DNA of 32,000 nt from Saccharolobus solfataricus (GCF_900079115.1 NZ_LT549890.1:240001-272000); one strand, 5' to 3'; shown: positions 1 to 8,534, numbered from the stretch's first letter. The notes: generated by a model not told the origin, from the sequence alone. Program-made: numbers and translations.

Positions 1-12
1 ATCTTAAGATCT

Positions 13-264
13 ATGTTGCTCGATAGTCAATATAAGAAAATATACAAGCTACTGTATGATGAGGGTATTTTAAGTGGTTTAAAAGCTAAAAGTAAACTGG
101 GTCTTCTAATCTATTTTAGATTCGCGTTAAATAATGGATATTTACATCTATTAGAAAAATTCGACATAAAAAATGAAACCCTTAAAAAAATACTCAAAAG
201 AATTGGTAGAAAACGCTTAACATTACTTTTCGATAAACTTAACGAAGAAAGCGATCGTATTTGA
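13..264 (+). CDS. hypothetical small protein; may be the 3' end of a gene that starts upstream of the window
   Basis: From the ORF track. The frame is open from base 1 (ILRS precedes the first Met). The 83-aa K/L-rich protein has no motif I recognise. The thermosome promoter follows it. Confidence 0.3.
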   Translation: MLLDSQYKKIYKLLYDEGILSGLKAKSKLGLLIYFRFALNNGYLHLLEKFDIKNETLKKILKRIGRKRLTLLFDKLNEESDRI

Positions 265-275
265 TTTGAGTAAAA

Positions 276-286
276 TTTTTATATAA
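276..286 (+). promoter_or_regulatory. TATA-box-like element upstream of the thermosome gene
   Basis: tttttatataa lies about 35-45 nt upstream of ATG 320. An SD-like AGGTG at 309-313 sits 6 nt before that ATG. Confidence 0.45.
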
Positions 287-319
287 CCTTTTTTTAAGAC
301 AGAGTGGAAGGTGCGTAAA

Positions 320-1984
320 ATGGCAACAGCTACAGTTGCAACTACACCCGAAGGTATACCTGTAATTATTTTAAAAGAAGGATCAAGTAGAACATATGGA
401 AAAGAGGCTTTAAGGGCTAATATTGCTGCAGTGAAGGCAATTGAAGAGGCGCTGAAAAGTACATATGGTCCACGCGGAATGGATAAGATGCTTGTTGATA
501 GCTTAGGAGATATTACAATAACAAATGATGGAGCAACTATTCTTGATAAAATGGATTTACAACACCCAACGGGTAAACTTTTAGTTCAGATAGCTAAGGG
601 ACAAGACGAGGAAACAGCTGATGGTACTAAAACTGCTGTAATTCTAGCTGGAGAATTAGCTAAAAAGGCAGAAGATCTCTTATATAAGGAGATTCATCCC
701 ACAATAATTGTTAGTGGATATAAGAAGGCAGAAGAAATTGCGCTAAAGACTATCCAAGAGATAGCACAACCAGTCACTATAAATGACACTGATGTACTTA
801 GGAAAGTGGCACTCACATCATTAGGCAGCAAAGCGGTAGCAGGTGCCCGAGAGTATTTAGCTGACCTTGTAGTTAAAGCAGTAGCGCAAGTAGCTGAATT
901 AAGGGGTGATAAGTGGTACGTTGATCTAGATAATGTACAAATAGTTAAGAAACATGGTGGTAGTGTTAATGATACTCAATTAGTATATGGTATAGTAGTA
1001 GATAAGGAAGTTGTACATCCTGGTATGCCAAAGAGGATCGAAAACGCTAAGATAGCACTTTTAGACGCTTCATTAGAAGTTGAGAAACCAGAATTAGATG
1101 CGGAGATAAGGATTAACGATCCAACACAAATGCACAAATTCTTAGAAGAAGAAGAAAATATACTGAAAGAAAAGGTAGATAAGATTGCAGCTACTGGTGC
1201 TAACGTTGTAATATGTCAGAAAGGTATTGATGAAGTTGCACAACACTATCTAGCTAAGAAAGGTATACTAGCAGTTAGAAGAGCTAAGAAGAGCGATTTA
1301 GAAAAATTAGCCAGAGCTACTGGAGGAAGAGTTATATCAAATATTGACGAATTGACTTCGCAAGACCTAGGCTACGCTGCATTAGTAGAGGAGAGAAAAG
1401 TAGGAGAGGATAAGATGGTTTTCGTAGAAGGTGCAAAGAATCCAAAATCCGTTAGCATACTAATAAGAGGCGGATTGGAAAGAGTAGTTGATGAAACGGA
1501 AAGAGCTCTGAGGGATGCTTTAGGTACTGTAGCTGATGTAATAAGAGATGGTAGAGCTGTAGCTGGTGGTGGAGCTGTAGAGATAGAGATAGCTAAGAGA
1601 TTGAGGAAGTATGCTCCTCAAGTTGGTGGTAAAGAGCAATTAGCTATTGAAGCCTATGCTAACGCAATTGAGGGTCTTATAATGATATTAGCTGAAAATG
1701 CAGGATTAGACCCTATAGACAAATTGATGCAATTAAGAAGTCTTCATGAGAATGAGACTAATAAATGGTACGGACTTAATTTATTCACTGGAAATCCAGA
1801 AGATATGTGGAAATTGGGCGTTATTGAACCAGCATTAGTTAAAATGAATGCAGTTAAAGCTGCAACAGAAGCGGTGACATTAGTGCTAAGAATAGATGAT
1901 ATTGTAGCAGCTGGGAAGAAGAGTGGAAGCGAGCCCAGCGGTAAGAAAGAAAAAGATAAAGAAGAAAAATCTTCTGAAGACTAA
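320..1984 (+). CDS. thsB: thermosome (group II chaperonin, TF55/rosettasome) beta subunit
   Basis: Full-length group II chaperonin. Motifs seen: GPRGMDKML, ITNDGATIL, GDGTTxAV-like DGTKTAVILAGE, VAGGGAVE, and a K/E-rich C-terminal tail. The N-terminus MATATVATTPEGIPVIILKEG matches my recollection of Sulfolobus TF55 beta. The ORF track starts at GTG 311, but ATG 320 is preceded by an SD-like AGGTG and is preferred. Confidence 0.95.
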   Translation: MATATVATTPEGIPVIILKEGSSRTYGKEALRANIAAVKAIEEALKSTYGPRGMDKMLVDSLGDITITNDGATILDKMDLQHPTGKLLVQIAKGQDEETADGTKTAVILAGELAKKAEDLLYKEIHPTIIVSGYKKAEEIALKTIQEIAQPVTINDTDVLRKVALTSLGSKAVAGAREYLADLVVKAVAQVAELRGDKWYVDLDNVQIVKKHGGSVNDTQLVYGIVVDKEVVHPGMPKRIENAKIALLDASLEVEKPELDAEIRINDPTQMHKFLEEEENILKEKVDKIAATGANVVICQKGIDEVAQHYLAKKGILAVRRAKKSDLEKLARATGGRVISNIDELTSQDLGYAALVEERKVGEDKMVFVEGAKNPKSVSILIRGGLERVVDETERALRDALGTVADVIRDGRAVAGGGAVEIEIAKRLRKYAPQVGGKEQLAIEAYANAIEGLIMILAENAGLDPIDKLMQLRSLHENETNKWYGLNLFTGNPEDMWKLGVIEPALVKMNAVKAATEAVTLVLRIDDIVAAGKKSGSEPSGKKEKDKEEKSSED

Positions 1985-3603
1985 GATATTTTTTTAATTT
2001 TAATTATTATAGGTATTTTTAAATTTGGTGCACTTATTATTGCTTCTCCTACGTCTAGTTTATCTAAACTTTGTGTAAGTCTTTCATCGAGTGACAACGT
2101 ATCTCTAATAGCTTTCTTATCGACATCAGATTTTATTGAATGAATAATTTTTATATTTGTATTTTTCAGTACATTCTGCGAAAGTAATGATGGTGACTGA
2201 GTAATAAAGCATAAACCTATATTATATTTTCTTATCTCGGAGGCTAATCTATCTATAAATTCATTTCCCTCCCTATTGAAGTAATTTTGTGCTTCATCTA
2301 GAATGATAAGGGTCTGTTGGTTTATCTTATATCTTATATAACTTTCCACTATAAGTTTTATTAGAAATAATGAGTATAATTTTCTGAGTTTAAGATTTGA
2401 AATAAATCCTAAGTTTATGATTGTAGAACTCGTTAAATAATCTGGAAAGTCATTAAGTGAAGTTTCATCTACAGTAGAAAATAATTTAGATGCAGTTGGA
2501 GTAAATAAGATAAATATTTTTCTAAGCAAAGCATATTTCACGTCCCGCATCCAGTACGACGTATCTTCGATACTATTAATAACTTCTAATAACTGATTAA
2601 TTGAGAATTTTCTATAACTTTTTAGTTTTAATAAAATGGTATAAAGTAAAAATCGTTGTGGATCTGTTAGTTGTAAAACATCTCCAATAATGTCAACTGT
2701 ATCTTCCACGTCTAAATCTATTAAGTGTAATGGATTTATTTTTACTATAGTTTTCTCATCATAAATTCTAAAGCCGTTTTTGAGGAGTTGATCATATTCC
2801 CCATGCCAATCCAATATAATTACCTTAACACCTTTAGCGTTCAATTGGGAGGCTAAAAGTATTGCAGTATTCGTCTTTCCAGATCCAGTACTTCCAAAGA
2901 TTCCTATATGTCTCGTAATGTCTTTTACTCTTATTCCTACCCTTGATGTTACTGTTCCGTTTGTGGCTTCTCCTATCTCTACATCAAAATCCTCTGACAC
3001 AATATTAGAATTAATAGGATTGGTGTAAGTTATCTCGGACACTGTTAGAAAAGGGTAGTTCCCAAAAGCCATTGGAATTGGAAGAACATTTTTTGATGGT
3101 TGAATAATTTTAAACTCTAGATGTGGAGCTATAGCTTTTGCTAACACTAATAAATTGTTAACTTCTTCCATGAAACTGTCCAACTCTATATCGGTGGAAT
3201 GTTGGAGTATTCTATAAATTATTATAGATGAACCTAGTTTATTTTTTTCTACTATAGTAAATATTATAAACTTGAATTCTGAGTCTTTTCTAGCTATTGC
3301 ATTTATGAAGTCTTTAAGTTCTTTTTCTATATCGTTCTTATTTGAAGTCGGTTCGATTTTACCCGTTATTTTCATAGCAACTCCACAAATGCAAGTATTA
3401 TCATACATTATCTGGAAGATTCCATTTTTAAGAATGAATTTATTTATTTTTACTTTAAGAGAATTTCTGAAAATAAACGAGATAACCACTATCATTATAA
3501 TTGGAAATACGAAAAACATTAAGTTAATATTAATTAAATTATGAAACAGAAAACCAATTCCCAGAATTATGAGTAGTATAGGAATCCAAAGATTTTTATT
3601 CAT
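1981..3603 (-). CDS. cedB: membrane-anchored HerA/VirB4-like ATPase (FtsK-HerA superfamily, DUF87 type); probable CedB of the crenarchaeal DNA-import (Ced) system
   Basis: Two N-terminal hydrophobic helices (LWIPILLIILGIGFLF, MFFVFPIIMIVVISFIF). Walker A is IGIFGSTGSGKTNT, followed by the HerA-type LDWHGEY. Walker B is LIILDEAQNYF, and the sensor region is CFITQSPSLL. Two TM helices plus a HerA-like ATPase in Sulfolobales is the published description of CedB. The cedB assignment rests on that architecture and on my memory of locus order, not on a search. The ORF-track start is TTG 3609; ATG 3603 (MNKNLW) is preferred. Confidence 0.8.
   Translation of the reverse strand: MNKNLWIPILLIILGIGFLFHNLININLMFFVFPIIMIVVISFIFRNSLKVKINKFILKNGIFQIMYDNTCICGVAMKITGKIEPTSNKNDIEKELKDFINAIARKDSEFKFIIFTIVEKNKLGSSIIIYRILQHSTDIELDSFMEEVNNLLVLAKAIAPHLEFKIIQPSKNVLPIPMAFGNYPFLTVSEITYTNPINSNIVSEDFDVEIGEATNGTVTSRVGIRVKDITRHIGIFGSTGSGKTNTAILLASQLNAKGVKVIILDWHGEYDQLLKNGFRIYDEKTIVKINPLHLIDLDVEDTVDIIGDVLQLTDPQRFLLYTILLKLKSYRKFSINQLLEVINSIEDTSYWMRDVKYALLRKIFILFTPTASKLFSTVDETSLNDFPDYLTSSTIINLGFISNLKLRKLYSLFLIKLIVESYIRYKINQQTLIILDEAQNYFNREGNEFIDRLASEIRKYNIGLCFITQSPSLLSQNVLKNTNIKIIHSIKSDVDKKAIRDTLSLDERLTQSLDKLDVGEAIISAPNLKIPIIIKIKKIS
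1989..1995 (+). terminator. oligo-T tract just downstream of the thsB stop
   Basis: Seven consecutive T begin 5 nt after TAA 1982-1984. Archaeal RNAP terminates at T-runs. The tract lies inside the 3' coding end of the convergent gene. Confidence 0.4.
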
Positions 3604-3629
3604 CTTCAAACGAATTTCATGGTTAATAA

Positions 3630-3995
3630 CTACAGCGAGTCGATTAAAACTAAAGCGTTCTTAGTTAAAATTAATCTTTCTTTATTTCCCATAATTTGAT
3701 ATGGTAAGAAGTTTTCTTGAGCACTAGTATTCTTTATACATTCTATTAAATACAGTTCATTAACGCTGTTAATTTCGCCTCTAATATAGTCTAATGCATC
3801 CTTTATTTGTTCAAAAGGTAATAAGAGAAGTAAGAAAAACATTATCGGGCTTCTTATCTTATTTCTGGACGTATCATAGTTGAAATATAGAAAACAAGCC
3901 TGTCTTAGTACTCCTTCAGAAGGCAATAGAGGTAGGACTTGACTAACGTACTCATCATCGTGTTTAATTAAGTTGTTAATGTTAGCAATATCCAT
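3630..3995 (-). CDS. hypothetical protein (121 aa), immediately upstream of and probably co-transcribed with the HerA-like ATPase
   Basis: ATG-initiated ORF ending 26 nt before the ATPase start. It has one hydrophobic stretch (IMFFLLLLLPF) and no motif I recognise. Confidence 0.55.
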   Translation of the reverse strand: MDIANINNLIKHDDEYVSQVLPLLPSEGVLRQACFLYFNYDTSRNKIRSPIMFFLLLLLPFEQIKDALDYIRGEINSVNELYLIECIKNTSAQENFLPYQIMGNKERLILTKNALVLIDSL

Positions 3996-4030
3996 CTTAT
4001 GTAACTTACTTACTTTTAACTTTAATATCT

Positions 4031-4282
4031 CTAACCACCGTGATTTATTGGTATTATTTCAATGATATCGTTATCGTTTAAAAGTTGATTTCTATACAAT
4101 CTCCAATCTTTTCCATTTATTAATATTAGAATTCCAGATTTTAACTGGTTGCTCTCATTCAATATTAAATGCTTTTTGCTATCTATCTTCACTAGTACTC
4201 TAAGAAGTTCTCTATCATTCACGTATATCTCTCTGAAATTAAATTGAGAAATCAGTGGTCCTTTCAAGATCACTTTTGGCAT
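4031..4282 (-). CDS. urm1: Urm1/SAMP-type ubiquitin-like small modifier (beta-grasp, C-terminal Gly-Gly)
   Basis: 83 aa ending ...IIEIIPINHGG-stop. The block ILILINGKDWRL...LNDNDIIEII..HGG parallels eukaryotic Urm1 (LINDTDWEL...LEDGDIISF..LHGG). The start lies 1 nt after the eS17 stop. Confidence 0.85.
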   Translation of the reverse strand: MPKVILKGPLISQFNFREIYVNDRELLRVLVKIDSKKHLILNESNQLKSGILILINGKDWRLYRNQLLNDNDIIEIIPINHGG

Positions 4283-4283
4283 T

Positions 4284-4523
4284 CTAGATCTCTTCGGATA
4301 TTTCCTCCTTCTCTTCAGCCGGAGAAGTCTCTTTTTCTTTCATTATTTTATAATATCTTGTAAGATATCCTGCTATTCTATTCCTCACTTTCTTTGACTT
4401 TACGTCAACATATCTAATAACTATTTGTTTATTTGTATTATAATCATCTTTTATCTCATCTTTATAACGATCATATATTTCTTTTACTATTCTTTTTATA
4501 TCTTTAGTATATATATTACCCAT
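4284..4523 (-). CDS. rps17e: 30S ribosomal protein S17e (eS17)
   Basis: [20 protein letters not shown]...NKQIV...[14 protein letters not shown] is the typical eS17 N-terminal domain. An SD-like GGTGA (complement of 4529-4533) lies directly after the fbp stop. Confidence 0.9.
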   Translation of the reverse strand: MGNIYTKDIKRIVKEIYDRYKDEIKDDYNTNKQIVIRYVDVKSKKVRNRIAGYLTRYYKIMKEKETSPAEEKEEISEEI

Positions 4524-4533
4524 TTAAATCACC

Positions 4534-5682
4534 TTATTCATGTGAACTTTCGTGTGAATATACGCTTGGTTTAGTTTTATACATATCTGTCTCTTTCTTA
4601 AATCTATTCTTTAACTTCTCTATCACTAATGGTAGAGTAGTATACTCCATTTCTTGTGGCTCTAATCTATGGGGCATAAACGGGCCATGTTTCCTAATGT
4701 AATCTGCAATTATTACAGCCGTTCTTCTAACTTCATCAAATGCAGGATCATCGAATAAATCAGTTGGACCTACCAGTTTTCCATTTTTAATGTTAAATCC
4801 TAAACTTATTAGCCTAGGTGGGCCATCGAATCTTGTAGCCCTCGCATCCTTTTGAGATACTGGCATAAGAGGTCCATAGTGACTGCCTCTCATCCACCCT
4901 GGTACTAAATAAGGTACTGTAAACGCTTCTAAAATTTCTCCTAGCGCAGGCAGACCGTGTTGAGCCCTTACTACCATAACTGGATCGTCTTTACCTACGT
5001 ATTTTCCAGCTATTAGATTCAATCTTTCTACGGAGACAACTGATGCTTGCAAATTATCGGCTTTCCTATAAACTCTTCGCACTATATATCTACTAGGTGT
5101 TCCTATTAGCGCAAGCAAATCATAACTCTCCTCTGGTGTGTTCAGCATTATTGACTCTCCTTCATATACATCTAAAACTTCAAATTTATACCCTTCATGC
5201 ATAGTTGGATCTATTACCAGTCCGGCAGTATTAAATGGATCTGCAAATATCTTATATAATGGAAGATTATATGCACCAGGCTCAGTTTTATCAGCCATGA
5301 AAATAACTACTGGTTCAGCGGGTCTTTCTTCAAATTCTATTTCAGCGATTCCAGGGCCCATACCTCTAAGATTACCAGAAAAAGAATCCGAAAGTAAATC
5401 TTGTCCTGCAGCATATAATCCTAGATCCTTAGCTATTTTTGCAGCTTCTTTAAATGCGTTCCAAGCTGTTTCATGAACTCTAGTATCCAGTTCTCCTCTG
5501 TTATGTGTCATTATTAATTGTAAATCATCACCAACATAGGTTATGTAGTAATCGGAAATTATGTTATTCCTTTTAGCTTCGGCCAATATTTTGTTAGCTG
5601 CAGCTATAGTATCAGGGTGAACAACATGATGTCCAGCTAGGCTTCCTATATCGGCCTTGATTACACTAAGTGTAGTTTTCAT
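4534..5682 (-). CDS. fbp: fructose-1,6-bisphosphate aldolase/phosphatase (archaeal class V FBPase)
   Basis: 382 aa. The N-terminus MKTTLSVIKADIGSLAGHHVVHP and length are characteristic of the bifunctional FBP aldolase/phosphatase family. Confidence 0.95.
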   Translation of the reverse strand: MKTTLSVIKADIGSLAGHHVVHPDTIAAANKILAEAKRNNIISDYYITYVGDDLQLIMTHNRGELDTRVHETAWNAFKEAAKIAKDLGLYAAGQDLLSDSFSGNLRGMGPGIAEIEFEERPAEPVVIFMADKTEPGAYNLPLYKIFADPFNTAGLVIDPTMHEGYKFEVLDVYEGESIMLNTPEESYDLLALIGTPSRYIVRRVYRKADNLQASVVSVERLNLIAGKYVGKDDPVMVVRAQHGLPALGEILEAFTVPYLVPGWMRGSHYGPLMPVSQKDARATRFDGPPRLISLGFNIKNGKLVGPTDLFDDPAFDEVRRTAVIIADYIRKHGPFMPHRLEPQEMEYTTLPLVIEKLKNRFKKETDMYKTKPSVYSHESSHE

Positions 5683-5713
5683 AATTTAATTTAGATATAC
5701 ATAACTAAAAATC

Positions 5714-7516
5714 TTACTGGGTAGAAAGAACCATGGAGTAATAATCTCCTCTTTCTTTCTGGACTCTATCTAAGTAACTCCCAATCTTATTTACTCTAGG
5801 TCTTCCGGTCTCTGCATCTCTCCTGAACGTTACCTCCAATTCTCTCAAAAACTCATTCATTCCCGTCTTTAACGTTACCGGAGATGTTGCTAATCCAGCT
5901 TTTTCTGGTTCTCCTTTGAAAACGATAATTCTATCCGCTATATAATCATGTATTGAAAGATCGTGATCTATGATAAAAGTTACCGCTTTCCTCTCCCTCG
6001 TAACTCTCTTTATAGCTTTAGCGACTATATATCTCTCTTCGACATCGAGATAAGAGGAAGGTTCATCCAAAACGTAAAGATCAGCTTCTTTTGCCAAAGT
6101 AGCTGCTATATATAATTTCTGTAATTCGCCTCCACTTAGATCATTCACATTAGATTCCAGCAGTCTGTGCAAGTTAAGCCTTTTAGTTACCTCTTCGAAG
6201 AACCAGGATGAGGTAGAAAGAGCGTCTTTACTCGCATTTTCTAAGTATTGTTGAACAGTTCCATCATAGTTAGGAAAGATTCGTTGTGGTTTATAAGATA
6301 ATATTTGTTTTTCTGGGGTTACAGATCCTTCATCTGCTGTAATTTCGCCAACTAATATTCTTGCGAAAGTTGTCTTTCCAATTCCGTTTGGTCCTAAAAT
6401 TCCGATTATTTCTCCCTCTTTAGCCTCTCCATTATCTACTACTAACTGAAAATCACCTAACTTCTTGATTATCTTAGTCCATTTCATTTTTGTTTTTAGA
6501 TCTTTGGAAAGGTCTAGGTCACTAACCTCTTTTAGCATAAACTTTATTTCGTCTGGTCTTATTTTCATATTTTCAGCTGGTAAATATCCTTTAAGAAAAT
6601 TATTTATCCCTACTCTAGCTGCATAAGATTTTGAAACCCTTCCATATACTGAACTTTCTCCATAGATTATATGTATTAAATCTGTAAGATAATCCAAAAC
6701 TATTAAGTCATGATCCACAACTATAACATATTTATTCTTTAACAATTCTCTAATTGCCTTAGCCATATTCATTCTTTCCCTAACATCTAGATAAGAAGAA
6801 GGTTCGTCAAATATGTATACATCTGCTTCTCTCAATAGTGAAGCAGCTACTAATAATCGCTGAAGTCCTCCTCCAGAAAGTATATTAGCATCCTTATTCC
6901 AAAGATTAGTCATGTTTAGAAGTTCTTTAACTTCATCCTTTTTCCCTCTTTCATCTATCTTTGTCAAAATTTCATTCACCGTACCTTTAAGGAATTTTGA
7001 AGCGTACTCAACGTATTGAATCTTATGTACTATTTTTAGTTCATTACTATATAATTCTTTAAAATAATTATAAATTTCTTTTCCTCTAAACCTTTTTAAC
7101 ACTTCGTCTTTACCTACTTTGGAATTTGGATCTCCAAAATTTGGGATTATTTCACCAGCTAGTATTTTAAGTACTGTGGTTTTCCCTACTCCATTCTTCC
7201 CTAATACTCCTAATATCGTATTATTTTTAGGTGTAGGTAAGCCGAATAATTTGAACCCATTTACTTTGTATCTATGTATAACCTCTCCTTCTAACTCGTC
7301 TGGAAGATTAACAATTGATATAGCTTCATATGGACATTTCTTTACACATATTCCACAACCTATACAAGTTTCTTCATAAATTACTGGTTTTCCCTTAACA
7401 ATTTCCGACAGTTCTATGGCTTTTCCTCCAGACCTATCAACAGGACAGAAATTTATACACTCTAAGTTACATTTATCTGGCTTACAAAAGTCATAATTTA
7501 TTACAGCAACTCTCAC
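5714..7516 (-). CDS. abce1: ABCE1 / RNase L inhibitor-type ribosome-recycling ATPase (N-terminal 2x[4Fe-4S] domain plus two ABC cassettes)
   Basis: N-terminal Cys clusters: CKPDKCNLECINFCP and CIGCGICVKKCP. Two Walker A motifs (GKNGVGKTT, GPNGIGKTT), two ABC signatures (LSGGGLQR, LSGGELQK) and two Walker B motifs (YIFDEPSS, YVLDEPSS). GTG start at 7516. Confidence 0.95.
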   Translation of the reverse strand: MRVAVINYDFCKPDKCNLECINFCPVDRSGGKAIELSEIVKGKPVIYEETCIGCGICVKKCPYEAISIVNLPDELEGEVIHRYKVNGFKLFGLPTPKNNTILGVLGKNGVGKTTVLKILAGEIIPNFGDPNSKVGKDEVLKRFRGKEIYNYFKELYSNELKIVHKIQYVEYASKFLKGTVNEILTKIDERGKKDEVKELLNMTNLWNKDANILSGGGLQRLLVAASLLREADVYIFDEPSSYLDVRERMNMAKAIRELLKNKYVIVVDHDLIVLDYLTDLIHIIYGESSVYGRVSKSYAARVGINNFLKGYLPAENMKIRPDEIKFMLKEVSDLDLSKDLKTKMKWTKIIKKLGDFQLVVDNGEAKEGEIIGILGPNGIGKTTFARILVGEITADEGSVTPEKQILSYKPQRIFPNYDGTVQQYLENASKDALSTSSWFFEEVTKRLNLHRLLESNVNDLSGGELQKLYIAATLAKEADLYVLDEPSSYLDVEERYIVAKAIKRVTRERKAVTFIIDHDLSIHDYIADRIIVFKGEPEKAGLATSPVTLKTGMNEFLRELEVTFRRDAETGRPRVNKIGSYLDRVQKERGDYYSMVLSTQ

Positions 7517-7864
7517 GAATACTCACCTATTATGTAGAAATATACTGGTTGTTAGAATATTCACATCCTATAAAACTTCCCCTTTTGTCATTTAATAAAT
7601 CTTCCTCTACTTTTAATATTTTTCCTAATTTTAATACTTCTCGAGCTAAGAGTGCAACCGGAAAACCTTCTCCAATAATATCCCTCCCTTTCTCCTTAAA
7701 GATTACCTTAATAGACTAGGAACTTTAAGATCATTCATGAGACTTAGAGAGTCTCTCATATATGGATACAGTAATCACGTTATAATTTAATAAAGTTTTT
7801 ATGATACGATGTTAATCACTAAAAAAAGCCGTTCTCATTTTTGTAAGGATAGCGTGTCTAACAG

Positions 7865-7872
7865 TTTAAAAG
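7865..7872 (+). promoter_or_regulatory. TATA box of tRNA-Arg(CCG)
   Basis: tttaaaag is centred about 27-28 nt upstream of the tRNA 5' end at 7896. Confidence 0.5.
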
Positions 7873-7895
7873 ACCGTATAGTGTATATTTATGTT

Positions 7896-7972
<77 letters not shown>

Positions 7973-7974
7973 GT

Positions 7975-8003
7975 GGGGTTAGGGGGATACCCCCTAAAAC
8001 CCC
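7975..8003. repeat. GC-rich inverted repeat (hairpin) abutting the tRNA 3' end
   Basis: ttaggggg-ata-ccccctaa (7979-7997) is a perfect 8-bp stem. It is extended by gggg/cccc across a 2-nt bulge. It stands out in otherwise AT-rich sequence. Confidence 0.7.
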
Positions 8004-8325
8004 CACTGCTATCTTTCAATTTTTCGTACGTTTCAACTACGTCAACTAAAGGGTCGACGTAAGTTTCCTTTACGTTACCGTTCTCATACTCTAGTTTGTA
8101 AACATAATACCGCCCTTTTCTTTCACGTATAATTATGTCGCCATATTTATAATGATGTTGTTTTTCCTTTATTTTCACCCACTGTATTATGGTTGCCAAA
8201 AGAGAGTTATAAGCTCTGCAAACTCGTTAGTTTTTGTCATCAAAAAGCGTTGAATTGAAAGAAGACGGCAAAGATTCCTCGATAGCGAGAAGAAGCTTAT
8301 TTGCGTTCTACACCCCGATATAACA

Positions 8326-8526
8326 TCATTTCATAGCGCGTCTGTAACATAGTGATATATTGTCGTCTTTCATTTCTATGCTAAGAACGAGTTCGTCAGT
8401 AGTCGTTATATTAAACGTCCTAACGATATCTATCGGATATTTTAGGTAATATGTTTCGTTACCCGGTCTTTCGCCTTTTCTGACACACGGCTTAACTATA
8501 TGATAAAGTATATAACGTTTAAGCAA
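8326..8526 (-). CDS. small hypothetical protein, possibly AbrB/SpoVT-fold DNA binder
   Basis: 66-aa ORF starting 8 nt after the MFS stop. The segment ETYYLKYPIDIVRTFNITTTDELVLSIE loosely follows the AbrB/SpoVT pattern (x-Y-hydrophobic-x-I-P-xx-I-xx-hydrophobic-x-I-xxx-D-x-L). The resemblance is weak. Confidence 0.35.
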   Translation of the reverse strand: MLKRYILYHIVKPCVRKGERPGNETYYLKYPIDIVRTFNITTTDELVLSIEMKDDNISLCYRRAMK

Positions 8527-8534
8527 AAATTATA

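Noticed and set aside
3613-3618. AATTTC hexamer near the CedB-like gene start, reminiscent of the ANTTTC DNA-damage-response promoter motif reported for Sulfolobales
   Set aside because: It is on the opposite strand and downstream of the candidate TATA, at 5-10 nt from the start codon. A 6-mer of this composition is very frequent here. It is not interpretable without TSS data.
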